Below are positions 13,645 to 26,008 of a stretch of 64,000 nt of DNA, one piece after another. Position numbers and translations under genes: made by a program. A model generated the notes under the pieces. It searched no databases and was not told the DNA's origin. It saw only the letters and a list, made by a program, of their open reading frames with translations. The stretch is from Callorhinchus milii (taxonomy: Eukaryota): positions 5,146,001 to 5,210,000 of the forward strand of contig NW_024704761.1 of NCBI RefSeq assembly GCF_018977255.1, in the 5' to 3' direction. How positions within the stretch are numbered: the stretch's first letter is position 1; the number at the start of each line of letters is the position of its first letter.

Positions 13645-13965
13645 AGTTTTGCTGCATCGAAGGAGGTGCCGTCTTGCGGATGAGACGTTAAACTGAAGTC
13701 CCGCCTGCGCCTGTTCGGGTGGACGCTGAAGATCCCGTGGCATTATCCGCAAAAGGGAGGGGAGTTTCTCTCGGTGTCTGGGTCAGCAATTCCTGCCAGA
13801 TAAAATTGGTCTCTCAATTCGTGAGCTGTTTGTGGGAACCTGGCTGTGCGCAACCTGGCTGTTCACCCACAAAATACACAGCCACGACACTTTACAGTAT
13901 ATCATGCGCATTGAGACGTCCTCCCCGATGTGAAAGGAGTTTTATCCAACGGTAATGATCATTAT
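13645..13965 (+). mobile_element. Deu-domain SINE
   Basis: ggaggtgccgtcttgcggatgagacgttaaactgaagtcccgcctgc...gaagatcccgtggca...ggtgtctgg, followed by an L2-like tail. Confidence 0.8.
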
Positions 13966-14049
13966 TGTCATTTAACAAATTGCACTTTGTTGCTGACTGT
14001 GACTTGAGGTTAACAACCGCTCACTGAACCCCCTCTGTCATTCCGTCAA

Positions 14050-14340
14050 TTGAAATTGGAAAAGTCCATGGAATAAACTTTTCTTGAACTGATAAAATCA
14101 GACACAAAATATTTCCAAAATGCATATTAAAACCCATTAGGGATCTAGTATCCATGGCAACACAACACTGTCAGACACAAAAATATTAGTGTTGACAATA
14201 AAAACACCATATATTTGCAACAATTTGCACTCTGGGGAGGATTTTCAATTATTTTTTAGGCATATGCCGTAATTAACTTAAATTCTTTCCATCTGGAACG
14301 AACACTACAATATATTGTCCTCTCACTAACTGATTTACTA
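14050..14340. promoter_or_regulatory. Candidate conserved non-coding element
   Basis: Repeat-free AT-rich island with X-box-like GTATCCATGGCAAC (14148-14161), CTGTCA (MEIS/TGIF) and TGATTTAC (14331-14338). Confidence 0.4.
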
Positions 14341-14345
14341 GTCTT

Positions 14346-14372
14346 CTGTCTCTCTCTCTCTCTCTCTCTCTC
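14346..14372. repeat. (CT)n microsatellite
   Basis: tctctctctc... Other dinucleotide tracts lie at 4925-4950, 24399-24423 and 63505-63548. Confidence 0.9.
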
Positions 14373-15277
14373 GTACAAAAGAACGTACATTTTTTCACAG
14401 TGCCTGTAAAGTCAAAACGTCTGGAGAGTGCTTTGCGAACATATGTTTACGGTCAAGTGTAGTGACTGTGTATAAGTAGGCAGGTGCGAGAGACAGGGAA
14501 CCGCACCCGAGCTGCTGGTTGGGATCAGGAGGGGGTGGAGGGCGGGGAGGGTCGGGGCTGGGAGAGTGACCGAAAGCACAGTAGAAGATGAGGATCTTGA
14601 GATGGGTTTTGAAGAGAGGGGACGAGGCGGAGGGACTGTGGGATGGAGTTCCAGAGGGTGTGGGGGGGGCCAACGTCAGCGCAATATCACCACTTCCACC
14701 TCAAAGAGCTTGTTTAATCCGAATGCACATTGTGATCTAATCATCTCCAGTGTTCTGTGGAGCAGAACATATATCTATATACCTATGTCCTATCGGGCTG
14801 CCCGGCTCAAGAAGCCTGATCCTGTGGAGCAACAGGCAGCAGGTTAGTTCAGGCTTGCGAGGGAATCAAATAATGCACTGAGTAATGGATCAAAATCTTG
14901 TTAGGTGGCAAGAAAGTCAGTGGCGAGAACTCAATCACCTTCCCTGCCCAGACTCAATAAAAACTGAATTATTTATTTGCTGAAATGGGAACACTTGATG
15001 CTGGTTTCTTTCGAGCAGGTTAAGGAGAACACCAGGACAGCAGATTAACACCATTCATCATTTCTCGTCCTCGAAACAGTTTAAAAGATAAAGATGTGCA
15101 CTAAAGGCACTTGTTGGCACTTTAACTCGACCATCAACCTCATACAACATTCACCTTCAAAACACCTCAAATCAAATCTCACTCACAAGAGTATTTAACA
15201 GTGTTACATGCAACTTTTGTATGGGCTGCCCATTTGATGTTTAGGTAGCTGTTAATATCTATACAGGCAGCCGTCTG

Positions 15278-15582
15278 TGGAGAGAAAGGGAGAGAGAGAG
15301 AGAGAGAGAGACAGAGAAGGGCACTGGAGAGAAAGAAAGAGAGGCAGAGAGAGATAAGAGGGAAAGAAGCAACTAGAGAGAAAGACAGGGCAAGCGATAG
15401 TCGCAGAGGGACAGAGAGAGATAGAGAAACAAGAGAGGCAGTGGGAGAGAGAGAGAGAAAGAGAGAGGGTGACGAAGAGAGAAAGAGAAGCAGAGAGGAA
15501 AAGAAAGAGATGAGGGAAGACATGTCGAGAGATAGACTCAGCCATAGACAGACAGAGAGAGAGAGAGAGAGACACACACACG
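15278..15582. repeat. GA-rich low-complexity tract
   Basis: About 300 bp of degenerate (GA)n. A similar tract lies at ~41085-41225. Confidence 0.9.
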
Positions 15583-16894
15583 CAGAATCAAATTCACAAA
15601 TGTAACTGCGGACTCAGTAATTACAAATTGGCAGCATATTCCTCTAAGCGGAGGTGGTTTAGGGACAGTGTGGCCCGTAACATATATCAATGAGATTAAT
15701 GTAATTCAACTGCCTGTTCTGCACGTAGGCAGCAATAAATATTCAGGTGAAAAATATTTCTTAACAGATTAATGTGATTGAATCTAGTGTGAACCCTTGC
15801 CCCCTTCTCTCCCGCCGCCCACCCCCCACCCCCCCATCTCCCCACAGCTCCCCCGTGATTGTTCGTTCTCCTTTGTATTTTGTCACGCTGCAGTTTGATA
15901 AATTCATGAATTATTATAGCTCCGGGACACTACCCCGCAGGAAGGGCGCAATATAAATGCAAGTTTATGAATATGATTATTATTATCATTAAGCTGTTCT
16001 TGTTATTATAATGCTTTAATTTTTGCAAAAGAATTCCCCTTCCCCCTGTTGGGACTTTCGCAGTTTTCACAATCAGCTATGTCCTCTTATCTTACTAAAA
16101 GTCTTTGTTTGGCTTACTTTCTCCTTCCCAGCTATCCCATTAAGTATCTTTTAATAGCTTGTATAAGTCGCCTTCTTAGGCAGCTTTATTGAAGAAACTG
16201 CCTTATCTCGCCAATCCTCAACCCTCTAACACTGGGTACCAGCCCAGCTGTTCTCCTTCACACTGTCTCTAGCCCTGGGCAGCCCTCTTCGTGTCACGGT
16301 GACCATTACAACGTAGACGATCCCAATCCGGAAAGTCTATCTTGCCTGAGATCGTGCGGGTGGGGGGAGGGGGCAAGGATGGGAGGCAATCGAGAGTCAA
16401 TTGTGTGCGAAACTACTTTTCAGCGCTTGATATTCCCACCGCAAAAGGGTTGTATTTTCTTTTTCCATCTGCAGAGTGCTCATAAATCTCCATTTCAGTG
16501 GCAGAGAGCCACGGCGAACGACATTTCGTTGTGCGAAAGAGCACTTGAAGGTATTCGTAAATGGCACAATTTGCATTCGCCCTCCACAGCATGAAATGAT
16601 TAAGGATGTTCCCTTTCACGGTGAATGCAAAAGGACAGAACTTACCAAAGTACCAAACTGCTGGCTGCACCTGGCTTCCGTTCTGCCTCAGAACATCACC
16701 GCTTGCTAAACGCTAATAAGAGCCAACAAGCATTTTATGACGACTATTTTGTTCGCGAGTATTTACACGTGTTTCGACACAACAGAAGGAGAGATTGCCT
16801 TTGCATTGTACTGCTCTGCTCGTAAGGATTTAGTAAGAGAGTGGAGCGGAGGGGAATGGCGTGGGGATCAATATCCCGACCAAAGGCTAAAAAC

Positions 16895-17150
16895 CGTAAT
16901 TGGTCCCAGCCCTTGTTAGCCAGAATACTGGGAGAAATTCCCTTCTCTTTTTCGAACAGTGACACAGGATTTCCAATGTCCTTCCAAACAGGCAGACGGG
17001 ACCTCGGTTTAATGTCTCATCTGAAAGACAGCAGCGAAAACAACCCCCAGCACTGGATTATAGGAGCCAAAAATGTCCCGATGCAGGGCTTGAACTCACA
17101 ACCTTCTGACTCGGGAAGTGAGAGACAGATTTTAGCACAACCAAAGAGGC
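16895..17150 (-). mobile_element. Deu-domain SINE fragment
   Basis: caggcagacgggacctcggtttaatgtctcatctgaaagac plus head-side gggcttgaactcacaaccttctgactc. Confidence 0.75.
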
Positions 17151-18144
17151 AGGATCTCTCTGTCTGCCGTCGATAATTGTCAGCCATCACTTTACACTCA
17201 AGACTTCTGCTTTTGCAACTCATCTCTGCGTTTCAAAGGTTAATAGTTTGTAAGTAAACTACAGCACGTAGAAGATGCATAGGGAGTGAGTGGGGTTTAT
17301 GAACCATCCCTTTCAGGGAAAAATGCTGGAGAGAAATTAGGCAGCTGTAATTCGGACGTGAAGCAGTTCAATGTCTGCATTGGGTTTTCAATGAACGCAT
17401 TGTTCTGTGTAATGGGACTCCTTCACTAAACGATCGAAAAACATGAGTTGCAGTTAAGTAACAAAGCGCTGAAGCCTTGATCTTGCAGAGATGAAGAACT
17501 CTTTGTGAGTTAACGGGAAGAAATCATTGCCACATGGCTGTCATAAGCAATGCCCATCACTCCGTTGATTGAAGCCAATGTCTGGAACGCATCACACTGG
17601 CCTGTGAGAAAGCAACCCGGTGGTGGTGCTTGAATCCCTTCTTCTGAGCACAAGTGGTTGGAGGGCGGCGGTGGGGGGAGGGGTGGGGGGGCAATAAAAA
17701 AAACTAAAATCATATTATTCAATGCAGATGGTAATATTTCCGAGAAAGACTTGGCACAGTTAAGGTGGGCATTCCGATACTTACCCAGAAGAAGACTTAA
17801 TCAATCAAGGGCAGAGTGGCCATTTCTCCCGTAATAATAATATAATAGTTATTCTCCATTACTACAGCATGCGACTACCGACATGGCGTGTCATTTAACT
17901 GCTAATTGGTTTGGTTTGGTTTAGTTTAGGTGGTGATCTTGTTCTTGCCTTGCATGCAAGCGCAAACTATTGACAGAACGCAGCAAGGCGTTAAGTTCCG
18001 TTCCTCCCAGAATATCCCACAACAGCTCAGCTGCCACAAGGCAAATGACCTACACTGTAAAGTACCAATGCAAAGCTGGAGCAGAACAGCCTGGCATCTC
18101 TGCTCACCACCAGCCTTGAGCGTGTGAGGCTGGCCAGCTGATTG

Positions 18145-18805
18145 CACTGCCTGGTCAAGGGTGGGGGTGGTGGGTGGAGGTCAGATTGCCTCATTGAAGC
18201 AGGGAGATCGAAAGCACGGTCGAAGAGGAGGGTCTTGAGGTGGGTCTTGAAGGTGGCGAGGGAAGGGGCGAGATGAAGGGACTGCGGGATGGAGTTCTGG
18301 GTGGGGGGGGGGGCGCGGAGTGGCGTAAGGCCCGCCTGCCACTAGTGGGGCGAGCAAGGCGGGAGTTATGAATCAGGCCGGAGCCCGTTGAGCGGAGGGA
18401 GTGAACAGGGTGGCAACGGGTCAGGAGGTTGGAGAGGTCAGGGGGAGCAAGGCAAGGAGGGCTTTGAAGGTGAGGACCAGGATCTTGAACTGTATCCTCT
18501 GTGTGACGGGAAGCCAGTGGAGTTGGGCGAGGTTGGGGGTGATAGGGTCGCGGAGCCTAGAGCGGGAGAAGACACGGGCTGCAGAGTTCTGGATGACCTG
18601 CAGCCTGTGGAGGGAGAAGTTGGTGAGGCCGACAAGCAGGGAGTTTGCACAGTCGAGCCTCTGAGGTGAGGAGGCGCTGACGGGAGCCAATCAGGAGAGC
18701 CTCGGTCTTACTGACGTTTAACTGAAGAAAGTTAGCTCTAATCCAGGACTTGATGCCTGACAGACATTCTGTCAGCACAGCAGTGGTCCTGGAGTCAAGT
18801 GCAGA
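18145..18805 (-). mobile_element. L2-clade LINE 3' fragment (ORF2 C-terminus plus 3' UTR), internally deleted
   Basis: Translations CLSGIKSWIRANFLQLNVSKTEALLIG and RLDCANSLLVGL...LQVIQNSAARV...ITPNLAQLHWLPVTQRIQFKILVLTFKAL are typical of the L2 ORF2 C-terminus. Frameshifted. Confidence 0.92.
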
Positions 18806-19014
18806 AATAAAACTGTTCAATTTATGCACGGTGTCTTCCCAAGTACCATAACTGTAGATCTCTGACCTCATTGAACACTCAACACCACTACACTGGTTGT
18901 TTTTACAGCACAACAAAGTTCATTTTACATCAGATAATGGGTGCAACTGATCCAGTCCAGTTGCAATGATACATTTTGCTCCCTGTCCTTCTGAAATGAT
19001 ACTCATCATCATCA

Positions 19015-19300
19015 TAATAATAACCCTTGCATTTGATACAGCATAAACCAAATGGCCGTATTTTTGATGGCAAATGCAGCAGCCAATTTGCACTCCACAT
19101 AAGTGTCATAGGATTTGTAACGTCCGCCTGAACAGACTTTGAGGGGACCTTGGTTTAATTCCTCATCTGTAGAAAGGTCATCTCTGACAACACAAAGATC
19201 CCTGACCACTTCACTAACATATCAGCTCAAATCCTGATGTGGGGCTTGAACCCACAACCTTCTGACTCATAGCCGCGAATGCTACCAACTGAGCCAAGCT
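19015..19300 (-). mobile_element. Deu-domain SINE, internally deleted
   Basis: Tail, core ggaccttggtttaattcctcatc and head gggcttgaacccacaaccttctgactc...gctaccaactgagccaag. Confidence 0.72.
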
Positions 19301-20549
19301 TCTTATTCCAATGAAAAGCAGAACAGGGACTTCAATCTCAAGACTGGAAAGGCTTTGCTAACATTTGCTCAGGAAACTGTTCGCCTTCCTCGGACTGCAG
19401 TCCTAATTGTCTAAACCGGTGACATTTAAAAAGATTTCCAAATGTGTATTTTTCTTGTCTCAAGTTATTTGCATTCTGCTGGATGGAGTGAAGGCTCTTA
19501 TTGTCAGGAAAGTAACTCCCTTATATGCAAGTGAAATCTTGGCAACTCAACCCTGGGAAATAAGCCACATGAACGTTTCCAATGCAGATTTCGAAATCCA
19601 AGAATCTACGACAGGATTGAAAACATAAGAGGAAGCCATTCAGCCCATCGAGCCTTCCACCATCTCTCTAGATAGCTGCCAACAACCAACACCCCATCCC
19701 CACACCCCATCCCCCCCAAAAAAAAACTACCCTCCAATATCTTAATTCAATAACAGTTACACTTTGGAATGACCTAGCATGAAAATCGCTGGAAATGAAT
19801 ACCAGGAAATGTAATCTGCAAGACTGCTGGAAGCTAGCTAGGTAGGTAGGTACTGAAATTCCACTTGGGTCTGTAAGGCAACACTGTCTTAATATTTAAG
19901 ATCGTGCGCAACTGTGGATATATATTCAATCCAGTTTGAAACTGAAATCCGCTTGATTATCTGCCGTGCTTGAAAATTTGAGGCTGAATTGGAGCTCTTA
20001 AATTTCTAAGCCAAAATGCTCTTCCAGCCCAAGGCTAGGTAAGAGTTTCAGAGCTACAGAGGATGCCTTGCCTTTCTCTGAGGATCTGGCACATTTACCC
20101 AAAGTGAGTGTTTTCTCAACGTAGAGCCAAACAGATGAACATCAAAGTACTGGAAGGCTCTTTGACATTCCTCGATTTTCTGCTTCCGCAGCTTGGAGCT
20201 GAAAGGCACTTGTCTTCAACCTTCCACCGAGTTGCGAAGTGGGAATTTGCTCTGTTTTTCCATATGGTTGATTTGCAGTAATAGAGGAAACGCCATTAGT
20301 TTTACAGTGCCTTTCATATAAAAGAATCTCTCAAAAGCACTTGTGAAATGCAGTGGTGCTCAAAGATGCTGACCAGAGATCAAGATGTTTGAAACAAAAA
20401 GTTTCTACAAGGGGGGGGGGGGGGCTTTGGAAGGAAACTAATGAGGCAAAATGGCTTTGGAAGTGAGTTTACCCTACGTGAAGGGCGCTATACAACTGCA
20501 AGTTGTTGTTCTTGTTCTTGTTGTAAACAACAACAATCTGTACTTATGA

Positions 20550-20790
20550 ACCTACCTACCCTCTGCCCTCACACTCTGTAACTCCATCCCACATTCCCTT
20601 GGCCTCACTCCCTCCATTACCTCCTTCAAGGCACGCCTCAAGACCTTCCTCTTCGACCGTGCCTTCGGCCATCCTCCTACCCTCCAACCACCCCGCACCT
20701 GCTCCGGTCCTAATCCCTCTCTGTTCAATGCCTTGGGACATCCTCCCGATCTGAAAGGTGCTTTACAAATGTAATTTTGTGTTGTATTGT
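20550..20790 (+). mobile_element. L2 LINE 3' end
   Basis: ccttcaaggcacgcctcaagaccttcctcttcgaccgtgccttc (FKARLKTFLFDRAF), then a C-rich tract and the tail gccttgggacatcctcccgatctgaaaggtgct. Confidence 0.82.
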
Positions 20791-21512
20791 ACCTTCCACG
20801 TAGGGAGAATGCGCATCTAAAGAGTGCGATTGAATAGCTGCTCCATTTCCTCGCTGCCCCACTCGCTGAGGCTACAAAACACTTGGTCCTCTGCCTATTT
20901 GTTTCGGCGCCGTTGAGGGCAGAAGGGCATCTCTCAACTTGGGAGTTTCGGAGCCCAACAGCCCACACCACACGGGATTGTTCAAATCCTCAGCGTGAAC
21001 CGGGCTTCCCGAAGAGACTTCTCATTGCTTGCACAGCAGCCTTCCTTACACGCCACCGCACACATCAAGGCTCCCCAATCATGGCCGCAAAATAGCAACA
21101 AGTGTTCAACGAGCGGAATGACCTCGTAATCCAGACATAATAGCAAGAGCTAGGCTGCAAAAGTTTTGCGTTTAACAGTGGTCAAGATAGGCTCTGCAGT
21201 TATCTGTTGAGCTTAATCTTCCATAAGTCCCATGGTGACAAAGTGAAGCCTGATACCCACTCGCTTATGCAACTGATTTCATCGTCATTGTCATTGAGGA
21301 TTAAGAATAGAACAGACAGCAAGTTTGGACTCGGCGCTATTCCCTTTCAAGGCTGGCTGGGAAACAATGTTCAAAGAGCCAAACTGATCCCATAATCCAT
21401 GGATAATGGAACCTTCCCGGAACAAGCCATCACCTGAAATAACACCAGCCCTCTATGTGGCAGAATGGAGGGTGAAAATCCCGGATTTCAGGCAATAGAT
21501 GTAAAGCCTTAC

Positions 21513-21581
21513 CTTGCACTTTCAAAGGTTGCAGTCGAGGTCTTGCCTATGGCTCCAAATCCGACTCCCACTGCTAAACCT
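21513..21581 (-). CDS. SLC39A11: Next internal coding exon of ZIP11 ((E)GLAVGVGFGAIGKTSTATFESA(R)); apparent 1-nt deficit at its 5' end
   Basis: Minus strand reads gtgtttctctttcag|A GGT TTA GCA GTG GGA GTC GGA TTT GGA GCC ATA GGC AAG ACC TCG ACT GCA ACC TTT GAA AGT GCA AG|gtaagg. It matches ZIP11 EGLAVGVGFGAIxKTxSATFESAR and has a polypyrimidine tract and a GTAAG donor. Confidence 0.93.
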
Positions 21582-22894
21582 CTGAAAGAGAAACACAACA
21601 AACACGTAGATCAGTAACAGCAAGGCTGCACACAACGTAAGGATCACTTTCCCTCTCCTGTTCTCTTGGCTCCGGTCTGAAGAAGGCTCGGCAGAATTAA
21701 TTCTTTTTAACAAGAACAAAACACAGATTGTATTTCTATAGCGCCTTTCACGTCGGGAGGATATCCCGAGTCGAAAGATAATGAGGGATTTGAACCCGAG
21801 CATGAAAAAAAATTGTTTCCAGCAAAGTGAAACTGTTATTGATTTAAGACATTGAAGAGAGTTTTTTTTGGAGGGGGTGATTGGATAAAAATGTCGACTT
21901 TTTTCTCATTCATTTGTTCGTTCTTATTGCGTGTCTCAGATCTGCCTGTAAAGGTGGGCAGTGAAAGGCACAACACCCACTAAGCATTATTTATCTTGCT
22001 TAAATAAGATAAATATTATTCATATTAAATGTCGCGCTACAACCTTGACTGGAACAGTCTGACAGCAACAATGGATGGCAAAAACACCCCATGGTACAAA
22101 GCTTCCTGAACATGTGTGGAGCTCTCAGTGGTTTGTCTTGAGAGATCTATTAGAACACCCGAGTCCGACAAGATAAAAGGTAACTGCACATTAGCTCTCT
22201 TCCCCCGTCTATTAGTAGTTAAACAGTCAAGTCTTTCCTTCCTCTCTCACAAAAATGCCTCCAATATATTTCCAGGATCTCCTACATCTGCCTGGCTGTT
22301 TCTAAAGGTTAATTAGATTCCCCCAACTCCAATTCCCCCTACACATACACATACACACCACCCCGGAGGTTAATCCTGTCTTTATCGAGTTCAGTGAATA
22401 AATAGAGGTGGGGAAAGATCATATCTATCAGTAATGTGGTCAACTATTGAATATTTACACAGAAGTAGAGCAGTGACAGGCCGTTATTCAGTAGAAAAGC
22501 AAATCAGTGTCTTGGCACTGAACAGGCCAAGGCAAATAAAGGTCAGCTCCGTGGGTATGTCAACGAAAGACTCAATGTTCAGTCAGTCAGCACAGTAAAA
22601 AGAAAAGAGAAAGAGCAGAGTACCTGGGAGAGCAAGCTAGTGGAAATGCAAAGAAGCTTGAGATGAGGCAAAGGGAGTTAGCACAGGTAGGAGGGTAAGG
22701 AGGTGCAGCATTACATCTCTGCATTGTCACTGGTTTCCGCAAGTGTCAGACATCCGGTTGAACCAAAAAAAGGCTTCTCTTCCTGGAGAACTATTTTGTG
22801 CTTCGCCACTGTCAAGTGCTTTTGGACACTACCCTTCGTGAGGGACGCTAGGTAAATGCGAGTCGTTGCTATTGAATTTCTTCACCAATTTTTA

Positions 22895-23280
22895 ATAATA
22901 ATCCTTGCATTTGACATAACACCTTATCACGTTGTCAGCATATCTGAAAGAGCTTCACAAGGCCAATCTGAAAGCCAATTTGCACACAGCAATGTCCTGC
23001 AAGCAGCCAAAAAGTGAGTGACCACTTTTATATGGGGGATTGTTGGCCAAGATTTTGCTTTGCTTTTTGAGTAGCACCATGGGATCTTTGACATCCACCT
23101 GAGCAGGCAGACACGATCTTGGATTAAAGTCTCATCCGAAAGCCCTCTGACAATGCAGGGGTTCTCACCATCATCACGAGTGTCAGTCGAGACGTTGTGA
23201 GTTCAAAGCTCAAATATAACTGGCTTGAACCCTCAACTTTCTAACTCAGAGGTGCAAGTACTCATGACCAAGCCAACCTT
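22895..23280 (-). mobile_element. Deu-domain SINE, near full length
   Basis: Tail, core ccatgggatctttgacatccacctgagcaggcag...gtctcatccgaaag and head ggcttgaaccctcaactttctaactcagagg. Confidence 0.78.
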
Positions 23281-24169
23281 ACATCCGATTAATAATAAAT
23301 ATCCTTGCATTTGATATAATGCCTTATCACGTCGTTCAGACGTCTCAAAGCGCTTCACAGAATATATTGTAAAGTGGACTGATTATTTTGTGGGTCAAAA
23401 CGTGGCAGACAATTGCACACTGCAGTGTCCCACAAACAGGCCGTGGATTGAATGACCAAATGTATTTAGTTTGAGAGGGATTATTACCCCTGGAAATCCA
23501 TTATGCGAGAACAGCCAGTAGTTAATATTAAGAGAGTTGATGTGGCACGACAGCATGAAAAATGAATGTACTTTTCCAGCATCATCAAAATTGAAAGAAG
23601 CAACTTTAATGATTTAAGTTCCGAAGCAGCAAGCAATTTCTGTTGCTTTGCAAAGAGCCCATTTTTCATTACGAGCGGTCGAAGCACTGCACTGATTTGT
23701 GAGAAGGCAGGCTGGATTGCAGTACTTATTGACTTGGCCCCAGCTTCTTCCGGCAAGTGCGATCTGCCCGCGTGAATGAAACTGGAAAAATTGACATAAA
23801 ACTGTCTCCACATAATGCCATTTGCACAAAAGTAGCATTTTACTGTGACAAAGAAAAGTTCCATCAGAAGAAAGCTATTAAAGACGACGTCACGATCACA
23901 GTTGTTCCTTTGCGGTGGAAATGGAAAATGGAAAGATAGTAGATTTGAGGTGAGATAAAGGGAGTTTGCATAGGCAGCAATGAGTGGCTGAGAGGTGTGG
24001 GAGAGAGCGGTATCACATCTCTGCATGGCCACGACTAAAAAAAAATTAACACAAACAAATTTTGTTTGGAACCAATTGCCGTAATTGTCCTTCAGGTGGC
24101 AATTTGCAGCAGTTTGTGGCTTGTGTTTGCTCTGGCTCTGCATCTCATCTCTATCCATTTTGGAGCGAG

Positions 24170-24225
24170 GGAGTGAGTGAGTGAGTGAGTGAGTGAGTGA
24201 GTCAGTGAGTGAGTGAGTGAGTGAA
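24170..24225. repeat. (GAGT)n microsatellite
   Basis: gagtgagtgagtgagt... about 13 units. Confidence 0.92.
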
Positions 24226-25775
24226 TGAGAACGTGTGTGTGTACTCATGTGAATGCCGTGTGCAAGTGTCTTTTCATTGCATTACAGAGCCAATCTGGTT
24301 CGGTTGATAGCACTCTTGTTTCTGAGCTGCGTTCACCTGCAAAATGCAGTCACTGCAAAACATAGGAGCAGAATGTAAGCTGTTGACAAGCAGAGATTGA
24401 GAGAGAGAGAGAGAGAGAGAGACACAGGCAATCAGAGTCAGATAGACAGACAGGTAGTCAGAGTCAGAGAGACAACAAGAGGGAGATTTCCCTTGCGCAA
24501 CGGAGCTGGTCCCAATTAGTGTGGGCATTGAGCTCCTTACAGCAAAAGGCTTTGAAAGCAAGACTTTAAAAGACAAGAGCCTTTGCCTGGAAACATGAAA
24601 TCAAATATGAGGAGAACAGTTGAACAGTTCAGCAGACGCAGAATGATTTAAATGGCTTCCCATGTCAGGGGAAACAGTTTTTTTTGAAAGGCAAAGCCTT
24701 TACACTGTCAAGACTGTTACCAAACGACGGAACAATTGTGTCGGAGATTTTACCCCAGGCCATGGTCTCGCGCAAATATGCCGAGACGGTGTCTCTCTCT
24801 CTCTCTCAGTGTGCAATCTGTCATGACGCACAGCTTCGAGGGATGAAGGCTTGCAAACATCACAGAGCTGTGATAAATCCCTCTGCTCAGGCTCGGTCAA
24901 TAAACCAGTTGCCTTTGTGGTTTCCAACACAAATGACTGTTGGAATAGACATTTCAGTCTTCAATAGCGACTCTGTGCAAAAAAAAAACATGCTGCACAT
25001 CTTCGGCAGTTGACAAGACAATTAGCAGTTCAATATGTGCACAGGGCACAGCACAATGACTCATTTAATTGCATGACGAAAACGGTTAGCGTGCTGTTCG
25101 GTGCAAGCAATGAACATCACAGCAAAGGGGGAATGAAAGGGAATCTGTGCACCTATTCCCCAGCGCAGATATATGCAGGCTAATGTATATTGAAGGGTTA
25201 GGAAAGGAGATTTTTTTTATACAATTGCCTCCAGGGCGATCGCAATAACGTGTAGTTATTTCTGAAGCCTTTATTAAGCAAATACGTTCTGGGGAGTCAT
25301 TCTGAGGTAATTGTTTATTGATGGGTTTCTTGGCTGGTGTATCAAATGCTAGGATTAATTATTATTATTATTATTGGGTCCATTCTCAACAACCCAACAC
25401 ACTGGTTTGATCTGATCTGCAATGAACTCAATCACACAATGAATCAAAGACCCAAGCTGCAGTCATTAAGGGCCCAATGTGACTTTACCGCCAACGTGAG
25501 ATGGGGTGTGAAATGAATGTATGCACCTTATATATCTGCACCATGTCCCAGGGGCTTTGCTGAATTAATTCTACTCATACATAAGAGATGAGGCATATTA
25601 CATGCCGACTCCTCTATCAATCCATCACTAAGACATCAAGAGGTACTAAAGCAGCAGTGTTTTGAAGGGCCCATTAATTGTTGAGTGGGGAAAATAGTGA
25701 GCTTTGCCTTTCTCCCTGACTCAGGCACTGAGCTGCACAGAATTGATAGCATTGATAGCATGTCCTGCTAAGTCT

Positions 25776-26008
25776 GGAGTCCAGTAGCTCAGCGGTTAGG
25801 GCACTCGCCTTGCAAGCGAGAGACCCGGGTTCGATTCCCAACAGAGCAAAACCTTAGGCAACTTTCCTTACTCCACACGCCTGATAATAATCCCTCAAGA
25901 AAAAAAATAATCAATAATAAATTGGTCACTTTACAATATATTCTGTGAAGCGCTTTGAGCCGTCTAGAAGGCGCGATAAGGCGCTATATCAAGTGCTAGG
26001 ATTATTAT
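25776..26008 (+). mobile_element. tRNA-Ala-derived SINE, short subfamily, with additional internal deletion
   Basis: Head ggagtccagtagctcagcggttagggcactcgccttgcaagcgagagacccgggttcgattcc and tail gcgctatatcaagtgctaggattatt. Confidence 0.88.

Noticed and set aside
1-21500. Expected next ZIP11 exon (NLAIGIGIQNFPEGLAVS...) and, above 47430, the preceding exon
   Set aside because: Not found by eye in either region. Presumed to lie outside the window; tBLASTn would confirm.
23484-24248. Longest ORF (254 aa, minus strand)
   Set aside because: It starts in the (GAGT)n microsatellite (THSL repeats), ends in a SINE and has no recognisable domain. Better explained as a chance ORF over non-coding DNA.
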